Source of the DNA: Callorhinchus milii
Taxonomy: Eukaryota
NCBI RefSeq assembly: GCF_018977255.1
Contig: NW_024704742.1
Span: 55,368,001-55,432,000 of the forward strand
Length of the DNA stretch: 64,000 nucleotides
Reading direction: 5' to 3'
The stretch's first letter is position 1. Each line of letters starts with the position of its first letter. A model generated the notes under the pieces. The model worked only from the letters and a program-made list of their open reading frames with translations, searched no databases and was not told the origin of the DNA. This document shows positions 1 to 13,397 of the stretch, piece by piece. The position numbers and the translations under genes were made by a program.

Positions 1-584
1 ACATTTTAGCTGCATTGTTATTTGATTTGTACTTTAAACAAAGAAAATTTGGTGTTAAAATTTTATTCAAAATAGAGCCATCTAGACGTTGCACCCCAAA
101 GAAGAGTTAATTATTGATACTGATTCAAAAAGTATTTGAGTCATTATTTACATTTATGTTTAGCTGTGAATCCAAATGATGATTTATTATGGTTTAGCAC
201 AAAGAAAAAAAAGTTAATTTTAGATCAGTTTACATATTCCTAGCAATAACAGAGCATTGATTCACATGCGTTTGTCTCTTGTACTTCATCATAATTTGCT
301 GGATTTAATGTTCTTTTGTCCAAGGTGAACATGATCCCTTATCCAGCAGCAAGGTCATGTAAGACAACAGACAAAATGTGGCGAACTTTCTGAGAGCTAA
401 AATGCATTGCATCTCTAAAACAGTCAAAGACCATAAATTAACAGGCAAAGAATGAACATACATTTTATAGTGCCTCACATGTCAATACAGCTCAGTGATT
501 ATTGTCACAGGAAGTGATTTTGTTTTGTAGAAAACAGGATAACCATTTGGCAGAAAATAAGGTCCCATAAAAAGCCAAGAGGTG

Positions 585-940
585 AATAATAATAATAATA
601 ATCCTTGCATTTGATATAATGCCTTATCACGTCATTTGAGAGTATACTGTAAAGTGAATTGACTGTATATTTTGTGGGTGAAATGCGGCAGCCAATTACG
701 CACAGCAATATCTCACAAACAGTTGTGGATTAGAGTGACCAATTATTCTTTTTTTTGAAGGAATTATTACCCCCAGAAAAGCGATCCACCAATCGACTAA
801 CAACTGGATTTCTTTTTACTGCCAGGTGAAGAGAGGCGTGTGGAGCAAGGAAACTTGCCTAACATTTCACTCTGCCTGGGAATCAAACCTGGACTCTTGC
901 TTGCGAGGCGAATGCTCCAACCGCTAAGCTATAGGACTCC
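585..940 (-). mobile_element. tRNA-Ala-derived SINE (family A, long form)
   Basis: Reverse complement has the GGAGTCCT.TAGCT..G.GG head, TTGGGCAAGTTTCCT core, the 65-bp internal segment, a Deu-like 3' part and an AAATGCAAGG(ATT)n tail. Confidence 0.9.
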
Positions 941-1561
941 ACAAGGGAAGAAATCCTTTTCAACGTATCCAGAGAATTGTTGACCAGGTCACTTGGAGAA
1001 CCTCTGTTCTTTTTCCAAATAGTGTCATAGGATTTTTAATATTCACCCGAGGACAGGCAGAAAGAATGAGGATCTTTTGATAGCCTAGAATTCCTCATTA
1101 TATAACTTTCAGATCTAAAAGATAAACATGTTCTTTGTTACCGTACTTTTGATTGTGCATCCCTCCCCAGCTTCCCCATCCCTAGCTCCGTCTAGGACTT
1201 TGTGATGTGCTCCCAATGTGTGTATGAATGTAAAATTGTTGTAACATTTTGTTTCAGTCCAACACTATATATGGGATAATATTTGTAGTATTCCTTAAGG
1301 AATGTGTTAAGGAACATTACAAATTTTACCCCAATATTCCTTATAATCCTTCTCTCGGGGTACTGACTTTTTAGTTTTGTCCTAATTGCAGTTGGCAATG
1401 GTTCAAATATAATTGTAGACAACAGACATCATTGCCTTTTCTCTCTTCCCAATCTAACAATGCTATTTCAATGTGACTGATGTTAATAGAATTGTGAACA
1501 ATAGTCTTTCTTAAAAATAATGTTTGAACTAAGATTACATTTCTCCAAGCTTGCTGAGTAG

Positions 1562-1812
1562 TTCAGCCACTCTGCCCCCAACCTCTGGAAATCCATCCCC
1601 CAATCACTCCACCTCACCCCCTCTTTAGCCTCCTTCAAGTCCCGCCTCAAGACCCTCCTCTTCGACCATGCCATTGGCCACCCCCCTTCCCCTCCCCTCC
1701 CTTCACCCCCCCCAACCCCAGCTTGGGTCTGAAATGCTGTACTCTGTCCAGCGCCTTGGGATGTCCTCCCGACATGAAAGGGGCTATACAAATGTAATCT
1801 TGTTGTTGTTGT
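1562..1812 (+). mobile_element. L2 LINE 3' end (family L2-A)
   Basis: ORF2 C-terminus (APNLWKSIP..FKSRLKTLLF), C-rich 3' UTR, CTTGGGATGTCCTCCCGACATGAAAGG stem-loop and (TTG)n tail. Confidence 0.9.
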
Positions 1813-3344
1813 AGTTACCCCCACTCACTGAAGACCTTTTCTAAACTTTATGGAATCACGAGTGTCGGGTGACAAATGTGTAACGCATTCAAAACATTTA
1901 CAGAGTGTGAAGAGGACATCATGCCTTTCACAAATCCCAGCTATCTCTCATTAATAATATTTGAGAAAACCTTCTGGCCATAATCCTGTAGTCCTCATTC
2001 AGCAGGTATATGGATCTTTAGTTGCTGCACAGTGTTAGTTTGGCTTGGTTTGTAGCATTGTCACCTCTGGGTCAGAAGGTGGTTGGTTGAAACCCCACAA
2101 CATGATTTAAATTGTGTATGTCCTACAAAATTGAGCTTCTGCCTGAGATGTTGATCTATATAGAGATTTATAACCTTACAGATAATGCATTAATAAAGTG
2201 CTATATATGTTGAATCTGCTAAAAAAAAGTTTAATTTTGAACTTCAAGGATAAAAGTTGCAGCACTGCCTTTTTCCCAGCTGAATGACCACTATTGTTTC
2301 AGTCTTATCCCCATCAACATAATGTTTCTGCTAAACCATAATTGGAATTAGTTTTGCTTGCTTTTTGAAAAGAGCATTTGGAACATATCATCAAGTATTG
2401 GATTCCATGTAAATTGCTAGAGTACATAGTTATTTATTTCCCTGACACAAAATTAACTTAAAAATATATCTTGAGGCTATTCTGGAACAAAATATACTGC
2501 ACTCTAGTTTAGACTTTTCCTGTGTTCATTTCCAGTGTGTAGGTAAGGGTCGGCTATGGTTTTGGCTGCTGACAAAAGTCATTTCCACAGAACCTTCCAG
2601 TCAGTCACATGGTTTATATTACATGCTTTAGGTGACTTTTAAATTGTTACACAGCACTAATTCATTTTTAACAGCACAAACTGCTCTTTTCTCTTACAAA
2701 TACCCTTGTCTAATATAATTTTACCTGTTATTTTGTCTCATTATTTCCTGTATAAGACAAAGCCAATTACCTGCCTTATTAGTACCTTTTTAAGCACTTC
2801 CCAGTCTACGGTCACCTTAATATCTGCCAAACATTCATCCACCATTGCGCATCCTTTCTGAATTTTGCTAATGATGTAGAGTTTGAGATAGAGGCATGAA
2901 CCGAGTTGATAATCTATCACCCAGGCAGTAATCTTGTGATTTGAAACAGAGTCAGGCACAGCACCAATGGAAATCTAAGTCTTTAAGTTGAAAGAAATGA
3001 AGAAAACTTATAGAGGTTCAACCTCAGGCCATATCTCAGTGCTCTGCTTGCTTACCACAGGATAGCTTTGCAGAAGGTCATGTTGCTGTCTTCTCAGAGC
3101 CTTGAGGGTACTGTCCGGGGTAGTTATAAAATGGGAATACAAGCAAAACCTTTGATATGATTTACTCCATAAAATCAGGTGAAATGATCGTGATTACAAT
3201 TACAAATAATGTTTAAACAGCATTTGCAAGTCAGAAGAATGTCTCAAAGTGCTTCAAACGGCTGACTGGGAGAGTCCAAACAGTCTGCAGAATTTTAGAT
3301 AGTTTGGAGCTTTTGGATTTGTTACAGCACCTTTCAAGTTGAGT

Positions 3345-3723
3345 GGATGTCTCAAAACATTTCACAGGATTTACTGTAAAGTGGAGTGTGTTTTGTAGGT
3401 GAATGGGACAGCCAATTTTGCACACAGCAATGTCGCACAAACAGTCATGAAATGAATGATAATTTTTTTATTTGGAGGATTGTTGACCATGTGCTGTGAG
3501 AAATTCCCTTATCTATTTGAATAGTGCCATGGGATCTTTAACATCCATTTAACAGGAAGATGGGACCTGCTTTATTGTCTCAGCTGAAGGATGCTACCTC
3601 TGATAATGCGGTATTCCCTTGGCACTGCATTGCGGTGTCAGCCTAGACTATGAGGTCATGGGGCTTGTACCCACAACCTTCTGACTCAGAAGTGAGAGTG
3701 TTGCCAACTGAGCCTGGCTGACA
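3345..3723 (-). mobile_element. Deu-domain SINE (SacSINE1/AmnSINE1-like), near full length
   Basis: Reverse complement has GGCTCAGTTGG A-box, CTGAGTCAGAAGGTTGTGGG, TCTAGGCTGACAC, TAAAGATCCCATGGCACTATT and TTGCTGTGTGCAAAATTGGCTG. Confidence 0.85.
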
Positions 3724-5515
3724 CACCTTGCTGGGTTTAGGCACTAACTTCTACAAAAAATAATGCAGACAGGAGAGTTGCACCTTGGACCTGTAATAGT
3801 TCGCTCCTCTGCTCAAACTGTAATTGTATTGTATGTATTACGACTCCAACTTCATTTAAGGCTTTGGGGTGTTGTCAAAATATATGCATGTGTCAACTAA
3901 ATATTTCAAACGTATTTTGAGAAGTGTGCATTTTAAATTTGTTAATATAACCGGAATAAATTTTGTCCTCCCGACTCGGAAAGCACCGACTCTAATCACT
4001 GAAGTATAAAATACCAAGCTCCGTGACAGCAGCAATTTAGTAACAGGAGCATTCAATACAACAACCCAAATGGACCTTAGATCCATATTACAGACAGATA
4101 ACTGTTGGAAGAGAACAGGCAAAAATGTACACACGGGTACATTCACTGAATAATTAGTAAGGTTCAAGGACAATTTTTCAATATTTCTTAATGAAAAAAT
4201 AGGAAAACAGGAACGGAAGGATACCATTCAACCCATCAGGGTGTTCTACCAGTTTATTAAATCTTGGTCATTCCTTTAATCCCAATGCCACCACCTCTTC
4301 TGCACAATGTGAAAGTCTGGGTAACAGGGCACCACTACCTGGTCATTTGATGCCATTCCTTCTGGTAACCAGAGGTCCATCACAAACATCATGTTGACCC
4401 TGCCCCAAACATTGATCAAGTTGCAGTGATATTCCCTTGAGTCACTGTCATGGACTTGTAGATATCTGAATTGAAAAATCCCAATGAGAGAAGTAACAGT
4501 ACTTGGGTAAGAGATGTATTTCATTCCATCTGTAGATTGAAATTGTTTTCTTCTACAATGCCCCACTTTCCTTTGATATGAAAAATGACCTTCTTCAATA
4601 ACGTGTTAAACATCTGAACGGAACAAACAAATTGATTTAAGAGGAATATTATTTTGTGGAGAACATCATGTAACATGGTATAACTAAACTTTCACATTGT
4701 ACTTTCATTATGTACTTTAGGACAAAATAACATTCAAATTGGGCTGAACATTCAATACAATGTGAAATTGAAACTATTGGTCCACTCTATTGGAGACTCA
4801 GTTTTGTATCATTTTCTATAGGAGATCTAGGAGAAAATCCCAGGAGAGAAAACAGTGTAATGGGTCTGAATTCTGTGTGTGTGTAGCAGGCCTATCAGCA
4901 GGTAGAACATGTAATAACAATAATAATAAACATGATATCTTTGCCAACTTTTCCAGGATTTCTGTTTTGAGAACTGTGGCTTTCATGTAATTGAGGCATC
5001 TCAAAACGCAACACAGAATATATTTTAAAGTGGATTGGCTGTATCATATTATATTAAATGTGCTGGTCCATTATATTGTGACATTGGCTAGGAGACTTCC
5101 TTCTTCAAACTGTTCCCCCTTCCCACCAATTGGGAGGTCCAGGTGTTTGAGGAATTAATTGGGGGTGATATAAAACTGAGCCTCTCATATGGCTATTAAG
5201 CTATTTACTACCTCCCACCCATTCTCTCTTGTTCTCTCTGGGCTCCAGGTAGGAAGACCTATCCCAGGGCCAGAGAACAAAGAGCTCTAAAGTCTAGGTC
5301 ACAATATTGACCAGGCGGTGGCAGACAACACAGTTGAGACTGCCCATGGCAGACTTGTGAAGGTGAATGGATGTAAGAGGTATTGCAGGAATCTGACTGA
5401 GTGTCAGCCTAGACTATACAATTTAAATAGAGGGAGGCAAATGATTTATATGAATATGAAAAATAATTTGAGATGCTATCCCTCAAGGAACAGCATAGCG
5501 ATTTTTGCTTCTGAA

Positions 5516-5725
5516 ATAGAATTACATAGAAAAATATAGCATGGAAACAGGGCATTTGGCCCAACTAGTCCACGATGATGTTTATACTCCACACAAGTCA
5601 TGATCCCTCTATACATCCCACTCCTATACCACTCCATATCCTTCCTCCTCATGTATACATCAAGTTTCCTCTTAATTAAGTTGATGCATTTTGCTTCAAA
5701 CACAGCTCCTGTCAGTGAGTACGTT
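5516..5725 (-). mobile_element. CR1 LINE 3' end
   Basis: ORF 5476-5703 contains KRKLDVYM; 3' UTR TTGGGCCAAATGCCCTGTTTCC and an ATTCTAT-type tail. Confidence 0.8.
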
Positions 5726-8700
5726 CTCCAGTTCTGTAAGTAGGTCTGACACTTAGAACTACTTCATACTTGCAGTCTAGAGTGAGGGTAAATCGATTTT
5801 CTTTTTTGTTTTTTTTTCACTTCAAATTACAAGAAAGCAATAACATTTTCATCACCTTAGAGCAACAAAGAAGAACAAAAATCATTGTAAATCTAATGTG
5901 CCTCACCTGAGCCTTTGTACAGCGTTTGTCAGAATCAGTATTGAACAGCCTTTTGCTTTTGGTTTAATTTTGAAGTTACCAGTGTTGAGATCAAAAGTAC
6001 AATATTTTCAAATGAGATTTTTTGATAAGGACTCTGAGTTGTAAATGGATATGCCTTCTGGTAACAGGAGGTATGTGACTTAGACCCAGAGGAGCAACAT
6101 TCTGATCTACTTTTGGAATTTTTTGAAGAGGGACCTTTTTCCAGTTATTGGCAGAAATGCTCATTTGCAACTCAAAGTGCATGTTAAAGAAAGCCTGTTT
6201 GAAATCGATGCCAATAGAAAGAGTCATCATTTCCTGAGTTTGAATCAATAGCCCCTGAGCTAACAACAACAAGTTGCACGTATATAATACCCTTCATGTG
6301 GAGAGGGGAAAGCCATAGACATGGACTGAATTAGTTCTAAAGGTGGGACTGAAAGACAGATAAAGAAGTGGAGGGAGACAGAGCTGTCAAGGGAGGGAGT
6401 TCCAGAGGTTAGGGACATAGATTTGAACATTGAATATAAAAAACATATTGCGTTCCCCTGAAGAGACACTGTTCACTGAAGTACCAGAGGCTTGAAACGT
6501 CACCTGATTGTTAGCATGTAAAACCATTTTTTTTGTAGTCTTAAACTGTACGACCATGCAGAATTGTGTAAATTGTTAAATTGAGTCTTAATTTAGAAGA
6601 CAGTTTTCTGCAGTTTGTTAAAAAAATCTGCATCTAAATTAAAACGGAATTAGAGAATTTTCTGAAATTCTGTGCCATCTTAAATTTTAAGCCCAAATGA
6701 TTTTACATAAGACTAGGTAGAATTCAAGTTTCGGGTAGCTGACTGAATGGCTCTTCTTCAGAGAAAAAACGGTAGATCTTCAATATCTTCTTAACTGAGC
6801 CACTTTGATGATTTAAAGGAATACGTGATTGGGAATAAATGTCTTTTTCTGCCTGTCAAATTACTTGCATTGTTCTTTGGTTATTGTATAAGGAACACAC
6901 AAATGTCTTGGACCTGAGTAGACAATTGTGGTTCATCTGCCTGTTTCCAGGGTGAAAAATAATCCTACATTGCTCTATGTATCCCACCCAGCAATCAATT
7001 TCTTCGTCAAATAACTATCTAATTCTCTCTTGAATTTGTAAAACACAATATGTTTGGTTTATGAACATTAAATGGCTGGGATCATTTTGAGCTAGATATG
7101 GCTTGCCATTCTCAGCATTTCAACCGGCTTAAAGTCTCAATTTTGTTACATACTGTAATGGATCCTGCTTTAGATCACCTGATAAAAATGTGGCAATAAA
7201 ATAGCTGTTGAATGACCATTTTATTGTATTCTTCTCGCTGGTTTATTGAACCATCTAAACAAATCATGTAAACAACATCAGGAGAACTTTTATTGTTGTA
7301 TGAAGGGAAAGAAAGCCATTCTGGGGTTTGTTACTTTCACTTGTTTTTTAGGTGGCTACAAGTCAACTGCTCATTCACAGAGAGACCTGGCGAGGGCAGC
7401 AATAACATTTGATTTAAAAAAAGGTGGGTGGGGGGAAATCCTTTTATTTTTTGGCTCTTTTATACTCTTGACTAACATTTTATCAAGGGGTACGTTCACA
7501 ACTAATATCATGCTCCGGAATGCTCAACATAGAGTGGTAGGATCCTGGATTGAGATTATTCACACAGTGAATTCTCTCTATGTCACCATAGGAAGTTGCC
7601 AAGTGAAGCCAGGCACGTATCAGCAGGAAGACCAAGAATTCCATTAAATATTTTAATATAGCGACTTCCCTTATTTATCGGAGCTGGGTCATTTAAGCCT
7701 CCTAATAACATTCCTTAGCTTTATGCTGCAGAAAAAGAGGAGTAATAAATGAAAGAACAACTTTTATAAGCAATTTTATAATTTTTTTATCGAAATGTGT
7801 CAAACAGCTTCCTTCACAGGTAATTATTGTCAAGTATAGTGACGGGTAGACAACTATAATCTCAGGTCTGAGGTCTCAGGCAATCACCGTCTGTATCTGA
7901 ATGCTAAGGGATGTTAGAACATGGCTGCAAATGCCTCATTCTCTCATTTTTCATTTTTCCCCTCTCCTTTGGGAGTATTTGCCCTCTACTTGATGCCTCC
8001 TTCTGATGCTTCAGTCAAGATCGTGAACTCAACTGCACAAATAATCACAGATATGAATACATGTGTTCCCGGTCATGGTGCATGAATGATTACTTCTTCA
8101 GTTGAAAACACTTTCTAAAAACAGACACTGCACTTGAAAGTAATTACTTGGGATGTACGTTGAAACATTCCAACATGATGAAATGCTATAAAAATGTGCA
8201 CATTCTTTCTTTCTTTGAAAGCTTTATATGTTTGATCAAAATGCAGTATCATCTGGGACTATCACAGAGTCTTTGCTGTTTTCTTGATACCATGTGTGAT
8301 CTTGAATCAGATGGCTAATGCCTTGAACTCCTAGATCCAAGGAAGATGCAGAGAGAAAATACTATAAAGTATTTGCTGAAAATCTCTGGATATATAAAGA
8401 TAGCTAGGTTTATGTGTGAACCTATGAAATTTGTTAAATTGATAATTGATAGCTACCATTATTAAAGAGGGAGTGAAATTTACAGACTTTTAACTCACAT
8501 AGTCTAGGCTGACACTTCATACAATACTGATGGTGCTTTGCATTGTTGGAGGCGACATCGTATAGATCTCACCTCCAACCAAAGCATGGTTTAAGCAGGT
8601 TCTCCTTTGGGCTGAACTGGCTCCAAGGTGACATACTCTACAATGTAACGTCAGAATCGAGCCAGCCCTCTGTGGTGGTCTCGGTGGTTCGGTTCCTGAG

Positions 8701-8872
8701 CCAGGTCGGTCTGTAGTATTCTAGGTACGGAGTACATGTGGTGGGGAAAAGGGAAGTTATCAACTGGAACATCTCTAGGAGCAGGGTGTCTCATGATGTG
8801 ATAATTCATACCAGTAATATTCATCATATCACACACTGTATTACTGTATTTCTATGTATGGTAAGTGAGTTA

Positions 8873-8898
8873 TGTGTGCGTGTGTGTGTGTGTGTGTG
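8873..8898. repeat. (TG)n microsatellite
   Basis: Seen directly. Confidence 0.95.
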
Positions 8899-9294
8899 AT
8901 TACATCCAAGGAAAGATTTCCTGTAAACACAATGTTGTGCAACATGTGCAATATTATGAAATCGTATTAAATCCAAAATATATGTGAAAGTATTTTCTGC
9001 TCTTTACACTTAACTGTTATTTAAGGTTTGTATGTGCCAAGTAATGTAAATCAGTCACTTTTTATGAGTTTTTTTATATAAACCTCTCAGCTTCGGGGGG
9101 AAGAATAAATGTAATAATAAAACATTTTACAATCCCATTGTAGATTTTATTGATTTCCTGCTTGTTTTGTCCCTCTGCTGCTGCATTCGGCTACCAACCC
9201 TTCTCCTGCTGGCTCGGCACATTGTTCATACACATATCCCACCACACTGCCACAGCTTGTCAACAATTTCTGATTGTCTTATCTTTTATCGAAT

Positions 9295-9368
9295 GACCTC
9301 CAGATCGCTACCCTGCATGAGGGGCACTAGGATTACTATTATATAAATGCAAGTTGTTGTTGTTGTTG
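9295..9368 (+). mobile_element. L2-B 3' tail with a short internal insertion
   Basis: CGCTACCCTGCATGAGGGGCACTA...TATAAATGCAAGTTGTTG matches the tail at 56270-56333. Confidence 0.75.
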
Positions 9369-11109
9369 ATCTAATAAGCAGTGACACAGTTAATTTTTAG
9401 GCCATTTTATTTGGTGTCTGCCAAGCGTCAAATATAAATGAAGTGGTTAAGATTTTAATGAAAGGAATGTGAAATAAAGGGATAGATTTCTCTCCCTATT
9501 AAGTGTTTACAATATCTGGGCAATTACTTGCAAAGTATTGATGACAGCGGCAATGAATTTGCCTCATTTTCACCGATTTATTTTCCCTGCATTTGATTTA
9601 TTTTCCCCAACGTTATGATCAGTGAATCTTACATGTCTGTTCACAGCATCTGAAAATTCTCCCTGAGTCACCCTGGGGCATGCCACTAACCAGCCACAGC
9701 ATATTAACTGGGTATAATAATAATTGTCTGATGGATGGATCACAATTGTTTGTCATGCAGGGCCCGCTGCATAAATAAAGTAATACAATGACACTTACAG
9801 CTCTCTAACAGCTGCCATCAGAGAAAATACACATCATGTACTGTCAGCCTGGAACCATCCACAATTAAGGGTCACTGATGCTTCTTCTTATGCACTGCTG
9901 TGACTGGGAAGAGATCACAGCACAATTTGATCATTCAAAATGATGCCTATTTAAAGTGTCATCCCCCTTTATAATGACTCCCCTTTTTCATGCACTCCAA
10001 TCCAAACTGATTTATTGTGTTCATTTGTTCTATTTTCACTGTGTAACTGAATGGAGCTTGACACAGAGGGTTAGCCCCATTTAAATGATAGTCCATTCCT
10101 CTGATCATTTAAACTACATTCTTATGATATCTATCTGGAATGCCCAGAGGGTCGCTTTCATTAACGCTGTTTGCCTGTGATGTTTTCATTGCATGGAGCT
10201 CTACAGGTTCTTTTCACATAAAAGGCAACTGGCTGAAACTCTGTGCAATAGGATAATAGGATCTAAAGTATATCATATGATACGGTTTAGGTTCAGAGTA
10301 CTTGTCACTCAGCGGAACACTGCAGACACAATTCCCTCATTAAATGTTTAAACCCTTCTCCTAATACATATATAAAAGAAAAAGCAATCTGTTTCACCAA
10401 ATTTTCAGTCAATGTTTGTAGCGCATATCATTAAATTCTATTGTAATGTGCTTGGGCTATAGGATTGTTTGTGTTGTAACAATCATCACATACATTTTTG
10501 ATGCTTTCTTTGATGTTTGCTAAGGTTCAATGTAAATTAGGTGGTTTGAGATTGTAATATCTGGAGACACTCACATTTACAAGAACATAAGAAGGAACAA
10601 GGATTCCATAACCCCCTCAGCCTTCTGATGGAAACAATCTTCAAGAAGATGTATCTCTAAGAAATGTCTCCTTGTATTCCAAAGATAGACAAGTGAAGCA
10701 CCAGAGGGATATTAATCCACCCTATAACTTATATCTGCAACAACATTTATGGAATGCCTTTCACATGGGAAGGCATTTCAAAGCACTTCACACAGTTTAC
10801 TGAGACCACCTTAAATCCCACACTTACAACAAGGACCAGTTGTATTTCACAGAATCACAGATATTGCTTCCATGGTCCCAGTGGCACAGGAACGATTGTG
10901 TTTCAAAGGGTATTTAATCACCTGTGTCTACTCTTATCAACTCCAATACCATGCTAAATATTGCTTTTCTTTTAAAAGAGTTCATAGCTCAAATGGCCAA
11001 CAGCTGCAGCAATGGTCATGCCAGTGACAGAAAGTCAAGTTTACTGTCTGAATTAGAAACTTTATCCATTTGAATGCACCATGTGTAAGCTTGACATGTG
11101 TGTTTAAAA

Positions 11110-11465
11110 TAATGTTTTAAATAAAGGAAGATGTTGATATCTGTTACAGATACGGGATGACTCCTCCCTAAGGCAGAGAGATCTAAATCAAGGGAACATA
11201 ATGGTCTTCAAATTAGAGCTAAACTGTTTATAAATCAGAAACAGTTCTTTACCCAATGGTTTGTAGGATTGCAATGCTCAGTAGATTCAGAATCAATCGG
11301 GTTGTGTACTTGGATAGTAATGCAATTATACAAGGGAGGACAAGTTTGCAGGGCTACAGGAAGAGAGCGGAGGAGTGGGATTGATTTGGATAGCTCTTTT
11401 GAAAGAGCCGGCACAGACATGATGGGCCAAATGGCCTCCTTCTGTGCTGTATAATTCTATGATAG
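11110..11465 (+). mobile_element. CR1 LINE 3' end
   Basis: GAGCCGGCACAGACATGATGGGCCAAATGGCCTCCTTCTGTGCTG followed by an ATTCTATGAT tail; same family as 25149-25537. Confidence 0.85.
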
Positions 11466-11593
11466 AATATGGAGAAAAGAATGAAAATGTGATTAAAGAT
11501 TTGGCATGATGTAATAAAATGGCAGAATCGCCTCAACAGGCTGCATATCATTTTTTTAAAAAAATAATAATTTTTATGTGATATAGCATCTTT

Positions 11594-12088
11594 CAACAAC
11601 AACAACAAAATTACATTTGTATAGCGCCTTTCACGTGGGGAAGATAATAATAATACTAATAATCCTTGCATTTGATATAGCGCTTTTCACGTCGGGAGGA
11701 TGTCCCAAAGCGCTTCACAGAACACACTGTAAAGTGAATTGACTATATTTGTGGGCGAACGCGGCAGCCAATTGCGCAGAGCAATGACCCACAAACAGTC
11801 GTAGATTGAAAATAACCAATTTTTATTATTGTTTTTGGTTTTGGAGGGACTATTATTAGGCGCGTGGAGTAAGGAAACTTGCCCATGGTTTCGCCCTGCC
11901 TGGAATTGAACTCAGGTTGTCCCAAGACGCTGGACAATCAGAATCAGTGTTTCGGACCTAAGCTGGGGTTTGGGATTGGGGAGAGTGGAGGGCAGGGGGG
12001 GAAGGAGTGTGACCGAAGGTACGGTCAAAGAGTAGGGTCATGAGACGGGTCTTGAAGGATGCAAGGGAGGGGGTGAGGTGAAGGGACT
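11594..12088 (-). mobile_element. L2-A 3' end interrupted by a SINE
   Basis: Tail at 11594-11645 and body at 11918-12088 rejoin into one L2 3' stem-loop. Confidence 0.85.
11646..11917 (-). mobile_element. SINE family A, short form, 5'-truncated, with L2-type loop
   Basis: B-box through (ATT)n tail; lacks the 65-bp segment; hairpin reads GGGACATCCTCCCGACGTG. Confidence 0.9.
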
Positions 12089-13024
12089 ACACTGCAATGT
12101 CCAAAGGTGCACCCAGACTCATTCAAAAAATACTGTGCACCAGTAGAGGGGCTAGAGTTTGTATGGAAGGTAGGGGAGGGGGGCAGAGTTTACCCAAGAA
12201 CTGCCGGTGTAATTTTCCGAGATGCTTTGGCTAGAATTTACTTAGGAATCTCAGGCACTGGTGCATGAGGCGAAAATACTAGTGCCAGTTCATAATTGGT
12301 CTAGTCTTCAAAATGGGATGTGGATGGGATAAGCATGTATGTGGGGTACGAGGGGGGAAGGGTGTTTGCATGTATGTAAATAGACCCCTGGGGTGTCTCT
12401 CATAAAATCAAGACCTCTATTTTATTATGGAAGATGTGCACTTTATTACTACCCTCGTGGTATCCAATCCATCACACCATTAATGGTTACTTTTGGAGAT
12501 TTGACAATTCGTCCCAGTTTCACAATACATCCCGTATGACCTCCAAAGGGGACAAAGACATTAGATGAAAAGAAAACAGACATCAAACAGAAGCCTTGAT
12601 AGTCTTACCAGTTGTCAACCAGAGCCAATTCTCCTTTTATCAGCTTACTAGCAAGTCTGGAACTGACAAGAATAGAATAGTTGCAGATGCTTTACCAAGG
12701 ATATTTGCACACACATCCGTGATGATTATTCTGTCATCAATGAATAGGTAATAAAATGGAAGCTCTTCTGTTAAGACTGAAGTTCACATGAACGTATACA
12801 CAGGGCAAGCCTCCTAGGGGGAATATGGCACTTGCTCGGAAGCCACACACTGTGCAATATGGATTTAAATGTGCCGCAGAACACAAACTATGTCAAAACC
12901 CAGTGGTATTGAATCTAACCTATAAATAACACACAGAAGCAAAGGACTGATTATATATTCATAAGTGACCCTTTTACCTTTTTATTCACTTTTTGTTTCT
13001 TTATCAGAAATTCGTACAAACCAC

Positions 13025-13140
13025 TTTAGTAAGAATAACAATCCTTGCATTTGATATAGCATCTTATCACTTCACTGAGAAGCCTCAAAACGCTTCACAG
13101 AATATATATTGTAAAGTGGTTTGACTGTGTGTTTTGTGAG
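13025..13140 (-). mobile_element. SINE 3' tail fragment
   Basis: AATCCTTGCATTTGATATAGC...CGCTTCACAGAATAT. Confidence 0.8.
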
Positions 13141-13397
13141 GGGAACCCCATTCAAGTTCAATGGATCTGCTGTATAGATTATGGATAAACTATCCTCCAT
13201 CAAAGAGAAGTAAATTTGGCCTCCGCACAAAAATAAAACAATCTCCATTTAATTCCTATTTTCTTTCCTCCAGCAAGATTAAAAAGTAATGTTACCACTT
13301 TGTCAGGTCATTTTATACTTTCAGAGTTGTGTAGTCATACCATTTTAAATTTCCATGTAATATTTTCTTCTGATTCATTTGAATCAATATGAACTGC

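Noticed and set aside
325..358. Possible 34-nt exon (TTTTGTCCAAG|...GTCAT|GTAAGA)
   Set aside because: Mediocre splice sites and an unrecognised peptide; cannot be supported from sequence alone.
3856..4566. Two minus-strand ORFs (123 aa and 96 aa)
   Set aside because: No recognisable domain or splice structure; consistent with chance ORFs.
6874..6895. miR-9-like TCTTTGGTTAT
   Set aside because: The match stops after 11 nt and there is no precursor hairpin.
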